From Isurus oxyrinchus (lineage: Eukaryota): a stretch of 64,000 bases of DNA. The position numbers were made by a program, and so were the translations under genes. Under the pieces are notes generated by a model that did not search any database, was not told the origin of the DNA, and saw only the letters and a program-made list of their open reading frames with translations. The first letter of the stretch is position 1; each line of letters starts with the position of its first letter. The stretch is from positions 164,300,001 to 164,364,000 of the forward strand of contig JANJGN010000009.1 in NCBI GenBank assembly GCA_026770705.1, in the 5' to 3' direction. Below, piece after piece: positions 36,796 through 48,317 of the stretch.

Positions 36796-39700
36796 AAGCA
36801 GCTTTCAGGTGAAAGGTAGATACAGTCAGCATTTATTTACTGAATCTTCTAAATGTGCTGTACTTTATATTCAGAATATTAAGTGCATTAACATTTTACC
36901 AAAGTAGAATGATTACTACAAAACATACATTTAAACATACCCCAAAACACAATGGGGAGAGTTTCAACTTGGGAATAAATGTGAGTGGGTTTGGTACAGC
37001 TGATTAAAAGGGGCAATACTGGCGATGCATCAAGAAAATGGGGACAACCCCCAAACTTCCACCTTTAACTTCAGCGCGTTTTGTTGTGTGTGGCGAACTC
37101 TACCATGGGGCAGTAGAGTGGCAATTTTAATACCCAAAGATCTCATTTTCAGCTGTTTTAACTGGGATTTCTGAATTTAACTGCGTGCGCACATGTTTCA
37201 CAAAACTTGCCAAGGATATGAAAGTAAGAGGACAGCGGAATTGGAGGGGACGGAACAAGTGACGGGCTGGAAATCCTTTGAATACTGAGATCTCACACCT
37301 GTTTTCATGGCCAGTTGAAAGCCTTTGACTCACAGGCCTGTTCTGAAAGTGTGCTTTCACAGTGCTAGTGGGCAGTGTGCATGGTCCTGTGACGGTACAT
37401 CCCCAGAGTGAGTGGCCCTCTCTGAGGGTTCTCCTTCCTCTTCCTGCACCACATCCTATCTCCAGTCATCTGGAGGCCCCTGAATCTCCATCTCCGAGGG
37501 TAAGGCACACTGAGGATCAGCTTATTTCCTTATCTGAAGCTGTCAGTATGCAGATGGCTGGAGGGTCACCTCCGGTTTTCTGTCTCTCCCTGGGGTTCGG
37601 TGCTGTCTTCTCCTGCAAGGAGGAAACTAAAAGATGTATGAAAAATGGAATGTGCATATGAGCATTTGAATTAGGAGCAGGAGTAGGCCACTCGGCCCCT
37701 CCAGCCTGCTCCATCATTCAATAAGATCATGGCTGATCTGAATGTAACCTCAACCCCACATTCCTGCCTACCCCCGATAACAAGTCACCCCCTTTGTTAA
37801 TCAAGAATCTATCCAGCTCTGCCTTAAAAATATTCAAAGACTCTGCTTCCACCATCTTTTGAGGAATAGAGTTCCAAAGACCCTCAACCCCCCAAGAGAT
37901 AAAAGTTTATCCTCATCTGTCTTAAATGAGTGACCCCTTATTTTTAAACAGTGACCCTGTTGTAAGGGTGGCTGAGTTGTACTATTAATGATAGAGTTGA
38001 GCTGCAGACACTTCTTGGGCGGAAACATTAAGTTTATTTACAACATACTCAGCAGCAACCACACATGTGCTTTCAACTCCAACTCTATCTCTACATCATC
38101 TGCTGAGGTAGCCCGCGCTACTCTCTTGTTGGTTACTACAGATCATGTGGTCCTTCCTAATAATCATTATTCTTAAAGGTATATTACACACTAAATAAAA
38201 CCATCATTACTACCTTCGTCCCCCTTTAAATTTGTCTACATATATTTACAAGTACATATTTTTCAAGGCAGTAGAATATTTACATTGGGTAAGGAATTTA
38301 CAAGTTCAGTCTTTCAGGTGGTTTCCTGGTACGTGTGGAACGTCGCAGCTCCACAGCTTCAGATTCTTTGTCAGGAACCTCCTTTTCTTGAGTTGCCTGA
38401 ACATCAGGTGCTTCGATGGGCACTCGCAGGTCTGTATCCTTCAACTCTTACAGGAGCATCAGACATGCCAATCCTCAACAGGAAATGCAGACCCGGTCAC
38501 GGTTACTGGTTGAACCAAATCTTGGTGATTTGTCTCTTTCCTCTTTAAATGGTCCACATGTTTACAGAGGATCTGGCCTTCCACCACCATGTGGTAATTT
38601 AGAGGTCCAGTCACCGCACTTATTTCACCCAGTAACCACTTTGATCCTTCCCCGAAGTTTATCACGTATACCAATTCTCCCATGGTAAATTTCCTCTCAC
38701 GACTACGCCAGTCGTATGTAGTTTTCTGGCTTCCCTGACTCCTTTCCACCTTCTCCTCTAAATTTGGTATTATTCAGCTCAATCTCGTCCTGAGACAGCA
38801 TTTCAACAATAATTCCACACCATGTGACACCTGCTGTTGTGTGAGGGGTGGTCCTGTAATGAGAAAGAAAGTGTGCTAGCTTGGTTGCCAGGGAATCACC
38901 AGTTAGCTTTCTCATGCCTGCCTTGAACGTTTGATTGGCCCTTTCAGCCAGTCCGTTTGAGGAAGGGTGGGGACGGTGCAGTTTTCACATGAGTGATATC
39001 GTTGAGGCTGATAAACCGTTGAAACTCAGCACTCATAAATGCCATGCCGTTATCAGAAACGACTACTTCTGATGGTCCATGAATGGCAAAACTCTGATGT
39101 AGTTTCTCAATTGTAGCAGAAGACATTGGTGACTTCACCTCATATACATCCAACCACCTTGAATGGACTTCAGCAATGAGCAGAAACATTGTTCCCAGGA
39201 AAGGTCCAACATAGTCAATGTGTAACCACACCCAGGGTCTATCTGGCCACTCCCATGGGTGTAACAGAGCTGTCACTGGCAACTTTTGCAGTTGCTGACA
39301 TTGCCCACAATTCTTTACCAAACTCTCTATTTCGCCATCCATCCTTGGCCACCATAAACAGCTGCATGCAATGGTCTTCATTCAGGAAATTCCTGGATGG
39401 GCACTGTGTAGTTCAATTAAAAGTGGCCGCCCTCCCTTTGGAGGAACTATCACTCGTGCTCCCCACAATAAGATACCATCCTGGCTGGTTATTTCATGTC
39501 TTCTGTTGAAGTACGGTTTCATTTAATCAAATACGGGCTCCTGTGACCAACCATGTAGCACTTGTTCTCGTACTTGAAGTAGGGCCGGGTCCCAACTTGT
39601 CCAGTCTCTGGTGTGTTGAGCACATACTGGTGAGGAATCTAAGAAATTTAACAGTAAAACAAGTCCCTGTGGAACTGGGATGTGCTCATCATTTTCTTAC

Positions 39701-39799
39701 AAAGGCAAATGTCTAAGGGCGTCGGCGTTTGCGATTTGATTGCCAGGCCTATGTATGAAAGTGTATTCATACGCTGCCAGGATTAAGGCCCTATTATAT

Positions 39800-40398
39800 T
39801 TCTGTATCTTCTTTTTACGTGTCTTCTTCTTTCTAGCACAGACTTTAATCTCGGCCTCCTTTTTGACTTCACTGTTGGCCAGACTTCTCTCAGATGCCAG
39901 CTCAACTTGCCTGAGCTCAGTAGCTGAGTCCCCCAAACTTTCATTATCTGTCTGCTTCTTGGAAAATTCTGCAACTTTTGCTACCAAAGCCTCTCTGGCT
40001 CCATTTAGCTGATTCTTCACCTCTTCCGTCTTGTTTTTGTTTTTTTTTGCTGCCTCCTGGAAAATTGAGCATCGTTGTGTCTTCTCTGCCAACTCATCCT
40101 TCAGTTTGTTCAGGGAAGTGCTGAATTCTCTCTGTTCTCTTCATACTTTTCCAGTGGTATAAACTTTGACCTGAGGGAATCTTGTCGTGTGTGAAGGTCT
40201 TTCAGCAGGTTTTCTGATTCCCTGCGAAGGTTGTTCACTTCGTCGCGAACTCTGTCGTCAAGCAGGGTCCCTTCGAGTTCCTTCTGCTGTTCTTCCAGGT
40301 TTTGGCTTAAGACAGCCTGCGTTTCTTCAGGCTGTTGAGTCCTTACACACTCCTTTTCCAAAACAAGAACGCTTCCAGCTTCCTTTTGGAATCCCAGT
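39800..40398 (-). pseudogene. Captured host coiled-coil coding fragment (UACA/RAI14/ANKRD24-like) replacing Gypsy RT
   Basis: E/K-rich heptad peptide LKDLHTRQDSLRSKFIPLEKYEE..EFSTSLNKLKDELAEKTQRC..EAAKKNK (one frameshift) between protease and the RNase H C-terminus; no RT motifs. UACA resemblance is from memory. Confidence 0.6.
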
Positions 40399-41796
40399 GG
40401 CCAATCAAGGTTGATTTCCCTTAGCCAATTTCACCCTAGAAGGCTTGGTCCTCTGCCTCTCAATACTAACACTGGTAGCTTTGCCGATTGGCTTCCATAA
40501 TGGATAGTTAGTCTGCTATTGCCTTGTACTTGAATGTCTTCACCCGTATATGTTTTTAGCTTGGCAGCTTGTTCTAAGTTTAACTGATGTTCACCATTAT
40601 TCAAATATCTGAAAGTATGTTTCCCAATTACTGTAGTGGAAGCTCCTTTGTTCACTTCCATTCTAACAGGTCTGCCATTTACTTTCACTGTGTGACAGAT
40701 ATACGTTCTGTCTTTCTACCTTTCAGATTAAACAACGAATAAATGTCAGCATTTGCTGGTCCAGGCTCTTCTACATTGTAGATTTCATTGGGCTTCTTCT
40801 TTTGTTTACAAGCCTACTTGAGTATTTCCTCGCACTGCCTCTTCGTATGTCCATTTCTGTGACAATAGTAGCATTCGATTTTTTTTAAACTGCCAATTGC
40901 TAAAAGATGGATTGCTTCCACCTCTATCAAAATGATTTTTCAATCTCACTGCTAAGTTATTTTCTTTTATTCTTCAGCTAGCGGGAGCTGTTTCCCACTT
41001 CTCGCCAGAGTCTCACTTTCTCGCATCTCTTTCGGCTGAGGTTTCCCACCTGATCTGGAGGACGGCGCCATTTGGCACACCCTGCGTTGCTTTTGAATCT
41101 CTTACTGCGCGTTCCATGGCCAGTGCTAGCTCTAGCACCTTCTTAAAATCCAGATTCACTTCAGACAGTAATTCTTTTCTGAATAGCGTCCTCTTTCACA
41201 CCACGCACTAAATGATCTCTAAGTATGTCGTTCACAGTCATACCGAACTCACAATGTTCCATTAACTGCTTCAACGTTTCCATGTAGCATGCAATTGTCT
41301 CAGCCGGGGCTCTATTTCACAAATTAAACCTAAACCTCTGCATCATGGCTGAGGGCTTGGGTTGAAACTGACTCTTCACGAGGTCCAGCAATCCATCGAA
41401 ATTCTTAGAATCTGGGGCACTGGGTACCATCAAATTTTGAATCAAACCATGGGTGTTGGTCCCATAAATACTCAAGAGGATCACTCGCCTCTTCTGTTCC
41501 CCTGTAATCTCGTTTGCTTGAAAAAAGAACGTGAGGTGTTCTACGTATTGAGATCAATCATCTGTGGCTAGTTCAAAAGGATCAGTTCCCCCAAATTGTG
41601 GCATTTCAAGAGAGGGTAACTTCTTCAATGCTAACAGAGTTTGCTGCTTACAATCACTGGGCAAGGTACAGTGCTGACTTCTTTCTAACTTGATTTCTTC
41701 TGTTGAATCCTATCCAGTCCTCATCGCCAGTTTGTTGTAAGGGTGGTCCAGTTATACTATTAGTAATAGAGTTGACATATCCTGGGTGGAAACATT

Positions 41797-42450
41797 GGGC
41801 AGGATTTTTAGCTCGGTGTGCAGGCGCGGGGCCCTACATACAGGAGCGTAAAATAGTGAGCAATGACGTCAGGTGAGCATCCCTGTGTCATATTTTGGTC
41901 AGCGGGCACACGCGAGAGTCAGCAGGGCGCCCAGCGACAATTGAGAGGGCTGTTAAGCTCATTAGTCAATTAATTGAAGTGAATTTTTCCCTACCCGGCG
42001 GGTGATTAGGCCAAGTGGCCTCTGCATTCTTTCGTGAAACCTCATCCACAGATGGGATGAGGTTTCGAACAGCGATTTAAAAAAACCAATAAAAATTTTA
42101 AAAACTCATTATTCCCATGTCCCTACTCATGTGACAGAGTCACATGTTTTCCTTATTTTTAAAATCTTTATTTTTAATGTCAAAAATCTTCAGCTCCCTG
42201 AGGCAGCTCTGTACCTTCAGGGGGTTTACCCTGAGCTCACCCTCGCACATGCACTCACCTCAGCGCTCACACTCCTCCAGCCCCCACGCCGGCAGTGCTG
42301 AGGTCATCGGTGCGCATTTCACCCTCTCTGGCCGTTAATTAGCCAGCCAGCATGAAATCGCGGTGGGGGCCTGATCACAGGCAGCGGGTCATTGTGTGGC
42401 CAGTCCCTGGGCCTGCCCACCTAACCCGCCTGACAAGGGAAAATCCTCCC
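41797..42450. mobile_element. Harbinger-type MITE inside the Gypsy 5' LTR
   Basis: TIR gggcaggatttt / aaaatcctccc; absent from the other LTR. Confidence 0.85.
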
Positions 42451-43559
42451 AATGAAGTTTATTTACAACATACTCAGCACCACCTACATGTGTGCTTTCA
42501 ACTCCCACTCTATCTCTACACTGCCACTTGCCCACGCTCTTCTCCCATTCGTTACTACAGATCATGTGATTCTTCCTAAAAAGCGTTATTCTTAAAGGTA
42601 CATTACACACTAAATAAAGCCATAAATACTACTGACCCTCCAGTACTAGATTCTCCCAAAGAGGAAACATCATCTCCACATCCACCCTGTCCAGACCCCT
42701 CAGGATCTTAAAGGTTTCAATTAGGTTGCCTCTTTTCTTCTAAATACAAGCACAACCTGTCTAGCCTTTGATCATAAGACCATTCCTGGTATTAGTCTAG
42801 TAAACTTCTCTGAACTGCTTCTAATGTATTTACATCTTTCTTTAAATAAGGAGACCAGTACTGTACACAATACAGTGGTGTGGTCTCACTAATGCCCTGT
42901 GCAACTGAAGCATAACCTCCCTACTTTTGTAATCAATTCTCCTCACGCTAAATGATAATATTCTATTAGCTTTCCTAATTACCTGCTGTACCTGTGTACT
43001 AACCTTTTGTGATTCATGCACTAGGATACTCAGATTCCTCTGAATCTGAATCTCAGAACTCTGCAATCTCTCACTATTTAGATAATATGCTTCTTTTTTA
43101 TTCTTCCTGCCAAACTGGACAATTTCACATTTGCTCACATTAACCTCCATTGGCCTGATCTTTGCCCATTCACTTAACCTATCTATGTCACTTTGTAGCA
43201 TCTTACATCCTCTTCACAATTTACTTTCAAACTTTGGTTTCCTATTAGCCAATCTTCTAGCCATGACAATATGTTTCCCCCTACACCATGAGCTCCTATT
43301 TTCTGAAATAACCTTTGATGTGGCACTTTATCAAATGCCTTCTGGAAAACTAAGTAAAGCACATCCACCAGTTCCCCTTATCCACAGCACATGTGACTCC
43401 TTGAAAGAACTCCAATAAATTGGTTAAACATGATTTCCCCTTTACAAAACCAGGTTGACTCTGCCTGATTGCCGTGAATTTTTCTAAATGCCCTGCTATA
43501 ACATATTTAATAATATCTTCTAACATTTTCCCTTTGACAGATATTAGGCTAACGGGCCT

Positions 43560-44235
43560 GGTGTTGCAAGAATGGAAAGCCATTTGTGGAGGATCACTGT
43601 GAGGGATGGGTATGGTATTGTATTATGGTGGGGATGAGTATCAGTGGTGGATGGTCAGACGGGGTGTGAGGAGCTGCATGGACAGAGAGGGATGGGTACT
43701 GGAGAAGGCTTGGGAAGGCAGAGTAAGGGGGACACAGATCAAGGTATATTTGAATGTGCCAAGTCACTCACTTTCCTGTTCTGATTAGATCATTAAACCA
43801 CTCCCAGCAGAAGGAGTGTCCCAGTCCTGCTCATCCCCTCAGTGACTTTCGACCACACCTCTACACCAGGCTTCTCCCTCCCATCGGCAAATAACAGAAA
43901 CTCACAACGGGCCCCTTCCAACCTAAAGCATCATCTCCAGGGAGGTATCAGTGAAGTTTGGTGCTGCCTTGTGACGTGGTGAGTCCGCAGCTCCAGGTTC
44001 TGACTCTGTTTAAGCAGCTGTACAGTTGCTTCAAATCACATCCTCTCAGGGTCCTTTTAAATAGTTGAGCTGAAATAGGCAGATTCAGGTCATCAACACA
44101 CCCACTCAGGCTAATTGCTGGGAAATCTGGAAGTTAGAAGATAATGGAATGGCTGCTTTGAGAAGCTACTGACAAATGGGTTTCTGAACCTCCCTGACAC
44201 CACTGCCGGCAGGTTGAATAGTTAAAATCCAGTCC
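43560..44235 (-). mobile_element. Harbinger terminal fragment with start of Myb/SANT gene
   Basis: Minus strand KAAPNFTDTSLEMML; TIR-like aaaatccagtcc at the right end. Confidence 0.55.
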
Positions 44236-44712
44236 GATGCCACTAGCGATGTGCTCAGTGACCTTACCATAGAATCAGAGTGATAGATCAAAGGAGGAAG
44301 TCACTCAACCAACTGTTGACTATTTCTCCATGTTGCTCTCCTGCTGTCGGCTGTGGGCACTAAAAAGTGAGTTCTTCTGTAATCTGCCTTAACAGTGCAC
44401 ATTGGCCCAGTTTCAGAAGAGCAGAGCCTAGATAGGATTATATAATATGATATTGAGAGAAGGGAGCAAAGGTTCTTATTGCCAAGCATGTTGGTTTCAA
44501 TCCCTAATGAGCGCAGCAAAAGAAAGAGCCTGAATTTTCAGTTTGTGTTACAGTTAAAACTGATCCTTTCTCTTAACGCATTCCCTTAATTCAGTACTTT
44601 CAATTTTCCTTTAAAATGACTGTGCTATAACGAAAGCACAGATTTACTCTGAACACAAAGTTTGCGTACTGTATTGTCATATTTGAAACATCCTTTGTTT
44701 TTCAATTTCCAG

Positions 44713-45260
44713 GTTAATAAGATCTGTAACTTTACATGACTATGACATCAGGACCTTCAGTGCATTGGAAAATTTCAGTCAACCGAACAGCAAAACTACC
44801 TTCATTGTACCCTGATTCACCACATGTATGGCATGGACAGACTGCGAAATATTATGCAAAAACTGTAATGTTCTTTGAAACTCACTCACTCTCTTTAAGG
44901 GCTACGATGACCCAATGCAGGGTAAATATTGCAAATAGGTGCAATTTGAAACTACCAACAAGGCTAGTTCAACCCACAATGACAGAAGAGGGCTGAATAG
45001 TTCCAACCATGCCAGAAACATAGAATGTGGAAAAAATATTTGAATCTGTGCAGCTTTAACGTCGGGCTTCTCATTAAAGCTTTCCAATGGGAGAGATTTG
45101 TGCCTGAAAGATGCATTATTACAGCAACACCTGTACCATAGCTCCACATTTCTATTCCCATTCCTGAATTTATAGTCTCATTCTGACCGCAATTTCTAGA
45201 CTTATAAGTTTAAACTGACGCCACAACACTGATAGCTATGATTAGCTTTTACACAATAAA
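44713..45260 (+). other. Candidate terminal exon of gene 1 (3' UTR, or frameshifted cytoplasmic exon)
   Basis: Strong acceptor tttgtttttcaatttccag at 44712. Gene 1 stop codon abuts a possible donor (TAG|gtgatt). AATAAA near 45255. Confidence 0.35.
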
Positions 45261-45270
45261 TGTTTGCAGA

Positions 45271-45650
45271 TTAACAATGGAAAAGTTTGTCAAAGCACCA
45301 ATTCATCAGCCCTGGGTGTTGACAACTAAATTGCATTTTTTTCCATTCAATATGTTGGTACTTCCAATGTATATTGTGGACTGGAAATTTTTCAGGGGTC
45401 CTGACCTCCAGCAGTAACTTCGCAGCATTTGTCCCCAATACCTCGTTAAGGTTACGGTGGAATCTTGGGAGAAAACCATGGAATTTCATGGAGTATACGT
45501 CAGATGTCATTTTCTGATTTTGCTCTTTGCCACGAGGCTCAGCAGCTGGGAAAGCCTCGCTGGGAATTCAGACATGCTTCTCCAATCCTTCAAAGTAATG
45601 GTCAGAAAGTGATGTGCTTGCACAATACGCACGCTTTTGATGCAGACTCC
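45271..45650 (-). mobile_element. Possible ancient Crypton (tyrosine recombinase) relic
   Basis: Minus strand LSDHYFEGLEKHV*...PRGKEQNQKMT...PEKFPV...QHP...NW resembles the order of Crypton/DUF3504 motifs; heavily decayed. Confidence 0.3.
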
Positions 45651-46394
45651 AAGTGGGTGAGGCTCTCTGCCAGAAGTGCGCAGTCAGGTTTTAGCTTCAT
45701 TATGATCTATTTCTTGTGCTCCATAACTGTTGATATTGCAAACTTGTCCTCAAAATAAACTGCATCATTCTGCCTAATATTTAGTTACCTGCTATTGTAA
45801 AGTTAATTGTTTTTCAATAAACTAATGTATGAATACTGCTCGTTAAAAAAAAAGTGCTTTAACTGATTTGTGGAAGAGGTCGCTGCAGTTCTGTAACTTA
45901 TTTTAACTCATTTCCATTTCTTCATCGCCTGCTGCTTCAATACAATCATCGCAGGTGGAGAAGGATTCTAGCTTCATCACCACAGACATCAATGACACAC
46001 GATTACCAGGTCACACAAAAACATTCAGGACCAACAATGCCACTTCGCTTATCCATTTCATACGAAACAGTTCCTTTGGCAAGTCTCCACTGGCACAGTC
46101 CAAATAATGGACTGTCCAGAGTCTCAAAATGACCTTCTTTGCCTTAGTCTTGGATTGAATTTATATTCAGGTCAAGGTGAGAGTTAACAATGCAGAGGAT
46201 TGAAGTATTTTGTATATTGAGGACTGTAAAGTTAGGTCCAGCATCCTCAGACGAAAAATCCTCTCTGCTCTGCCTCAAGCAAGGTTGCCGGGGGTAGAGT
46301 TTTCTTTGATCTAACTGCAAACTGTGCTCAAAACTGCGCTAGCTTTTAGAAATGTACCTTTGCTCAAGTTTCCACTCAAACTCGTTTCAGCCTT

Positions 46395-47470
46395 GAATAT
46401 ATTTAATGATTGAATATTCACAGCTCTCTTGAGTTAGAAATTTCTAAAGATTCACAGCCACCCTGATTGAAGAAATTTCTCCTCATCACAGTCCTAAAAA
46501 GCTGGTCTCTTACCCTGAGATTACATGGCCTCTAGTTCTAGTCTCTCCAACCAGGGGATACAACTGCACAGCATCTGTCACCCATCTCAGAATCTTCTAT
46601 GTTTCAATGAGATGACCTCTCATTTTTCTGACCTCCAGAGAATATATATCAATTCTACTCAATTTCCCCTCAAAGGCTAACCCACTCATCCCAGGGATTA
46701 CTCAAGTAAACTTTGTTGCACCATCCTAAGACAAGTATATCCTTAGGAACCTTTAATATGTACACAGTACTCCAGGGTGGTCTCCCCAAAGCCCTATATA
46801 ACTACAGCAAAACTTCCTTACACTTGTATCCTACCTCCTTGCAAAAAAGGCCAACATACTATTTGCTTTCCTAATTGTTTGCTATACCTACAGGTTAATT
46901 TTCTGTGTTTCATGCACAAGGGCACCCAGTTCTCACCAAACACCAACATTTAATACTTTGTCACTATTTTAAAAATATTCTGTTTTTTCTAAACTATTGC
47001 CTAAATGAATAACTTCACATTTCCCCAATTATTCACCATTTGCCACCTTCTTGCCCACCACTCAACCTGTCAATATCTCTTTGTAGACCCTTTTATCCTC
47101 CTCACAACTTACTTTCCCACCTAGCTTTGTATCATCAGCAAACTTGGATACACTTAACTCCTTCACCTAAGCCATTATATAAATAGCTGAGGGCCCAATG
47201 CTTTTGATTCTCCCTAGTAACAGACTGCCAAGCTGAAAATGATCTATTTATTGCTAGTCTCTGTTTTCTGCCCTTTTACAAATCCTCTATTCATGAGAAT
47301 ATATTACCCGAACCCCATAAGTAACTTTATTGAATGCCTTTTGAAATCCAAAATATATTACATCCATTGCTTCCCATTTGTCTACCCTGTGAGTTATAAC
47401 CTCAAAAAACTCTATTAATAGATTTGTCAAACACAGTTGCCCTTTCGTAAAGCCATGTTAACTTGGCTTA
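46395..47470 (-). mobile_element. Degenerate CR1 LINE fragment
   Basis: tcatcagcaaacttgg (KFADD on minus) and CR1 3' motifs. Confidence 0.8.
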
Positions 47471-47479
47471 ATTTTGTTT

Positions 47480-47865
47480 GGGGAGATGATGGCTTAGTAG
47501 TAATGTCAGTGAATTAGCAATCCACTAGTCTGATATTCTAAGAACACAATTCAAATCCCACCACAACGTTTTGTGCAATTCAAATTCAATCAATTAATAA
47601 GTCTAGGATTGAAAGGCTAGTCTCAGTAATGGTGACCATGAAACTATCATTGATTGCCATAAAAATCCATTGGGTTCATTAATGCCCTTTAGGGAAGGAA
47701 ATCTGCCTTCCTTAGCTGGTCTGGCCTACATGTGACTCCAGATCCACAGTAATATGGTTGCCCTCTGAAATGGCCCAGCAAGCAACTGAGTTCAAGGGTA
47801 ATTAGGGATGGGCATCAAATATTGGCCATGCAAGTGATGCCCACGTTCCATTAAAAGAATAACTT
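47480..47865 (+). mobile_element. tRNA-head SINE with LINE-derived tail
   Basis: A-box-like tggcttagtag and B-box-like ttcaaatccc; tail caagggtaattagggatgggc. Confidence 0.65.
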
Positions 47866-48317
47866 CTTTAAAAATCATGTACTTCTCTAAGAACCCTTTC
47901 ATGGATTAATAATGGATTCCAACATTTTCCAAACAAATGGAGCCAGAATTTTGTTTTTGATTTGGGTCCCAGACATTGGATCCGCTTCCAGGTCCCAACC
48001 CCGCATCATGTTGGCACTTGACGCCAGTTACAATTTTTGCATGGAAGGCCACTTGGTGGCCAGGGGCTGAGCTCTCTGCCCAGTTGAGGACAGCAGGGGG
48101 TGGGGGGGGTGGGTTCCTTACATTGGAGGACCAGGAGGAGCCCCTCCAGCAGTGAAAGAGTGGCAGCCTGAAAAGGAGAGAGGGGAAGCTTTCAAAGAGA
48201 TCCAATAAAAACTGGCCGCATCCGCCACACTGTCCTCAATCTGCTACCCTGGCTTGTCCGGTTTTGGATGAAATGCGCTGAGAAACAGTACAATCTCATG
48301 AACCCTCCAGGCCCCCT

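Larger units (their letters stand above)
37958..42633 (-). mobile_element. Ty3/Gypsy LTR retrotransposon provirus, defective
   Basis: LTRs ~37958-38214 and 41733-42633; TSD GACCC (5 bp, or TGACCC). PBS TGGCGATGAGGA at 41718-41729 (tRNA-Ser-like); PPT ~38215-38228. Gag from ~41604, protease 40431-40688, RNase H end ANADAL, integrase HIDYVGPF...VVSDNG..F. Confidence 0.92.
37660..43560 (-). mobile_element. CR1 LINE fragment (37660-37957 + 42634-43560) split by the Gypsy insertion
   Basis: CR1 3' sequence is continuous across the Gypsy element; FQKAFDKVPH and GFVKGKSCLTNL on minus. Confidence 0.85.
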
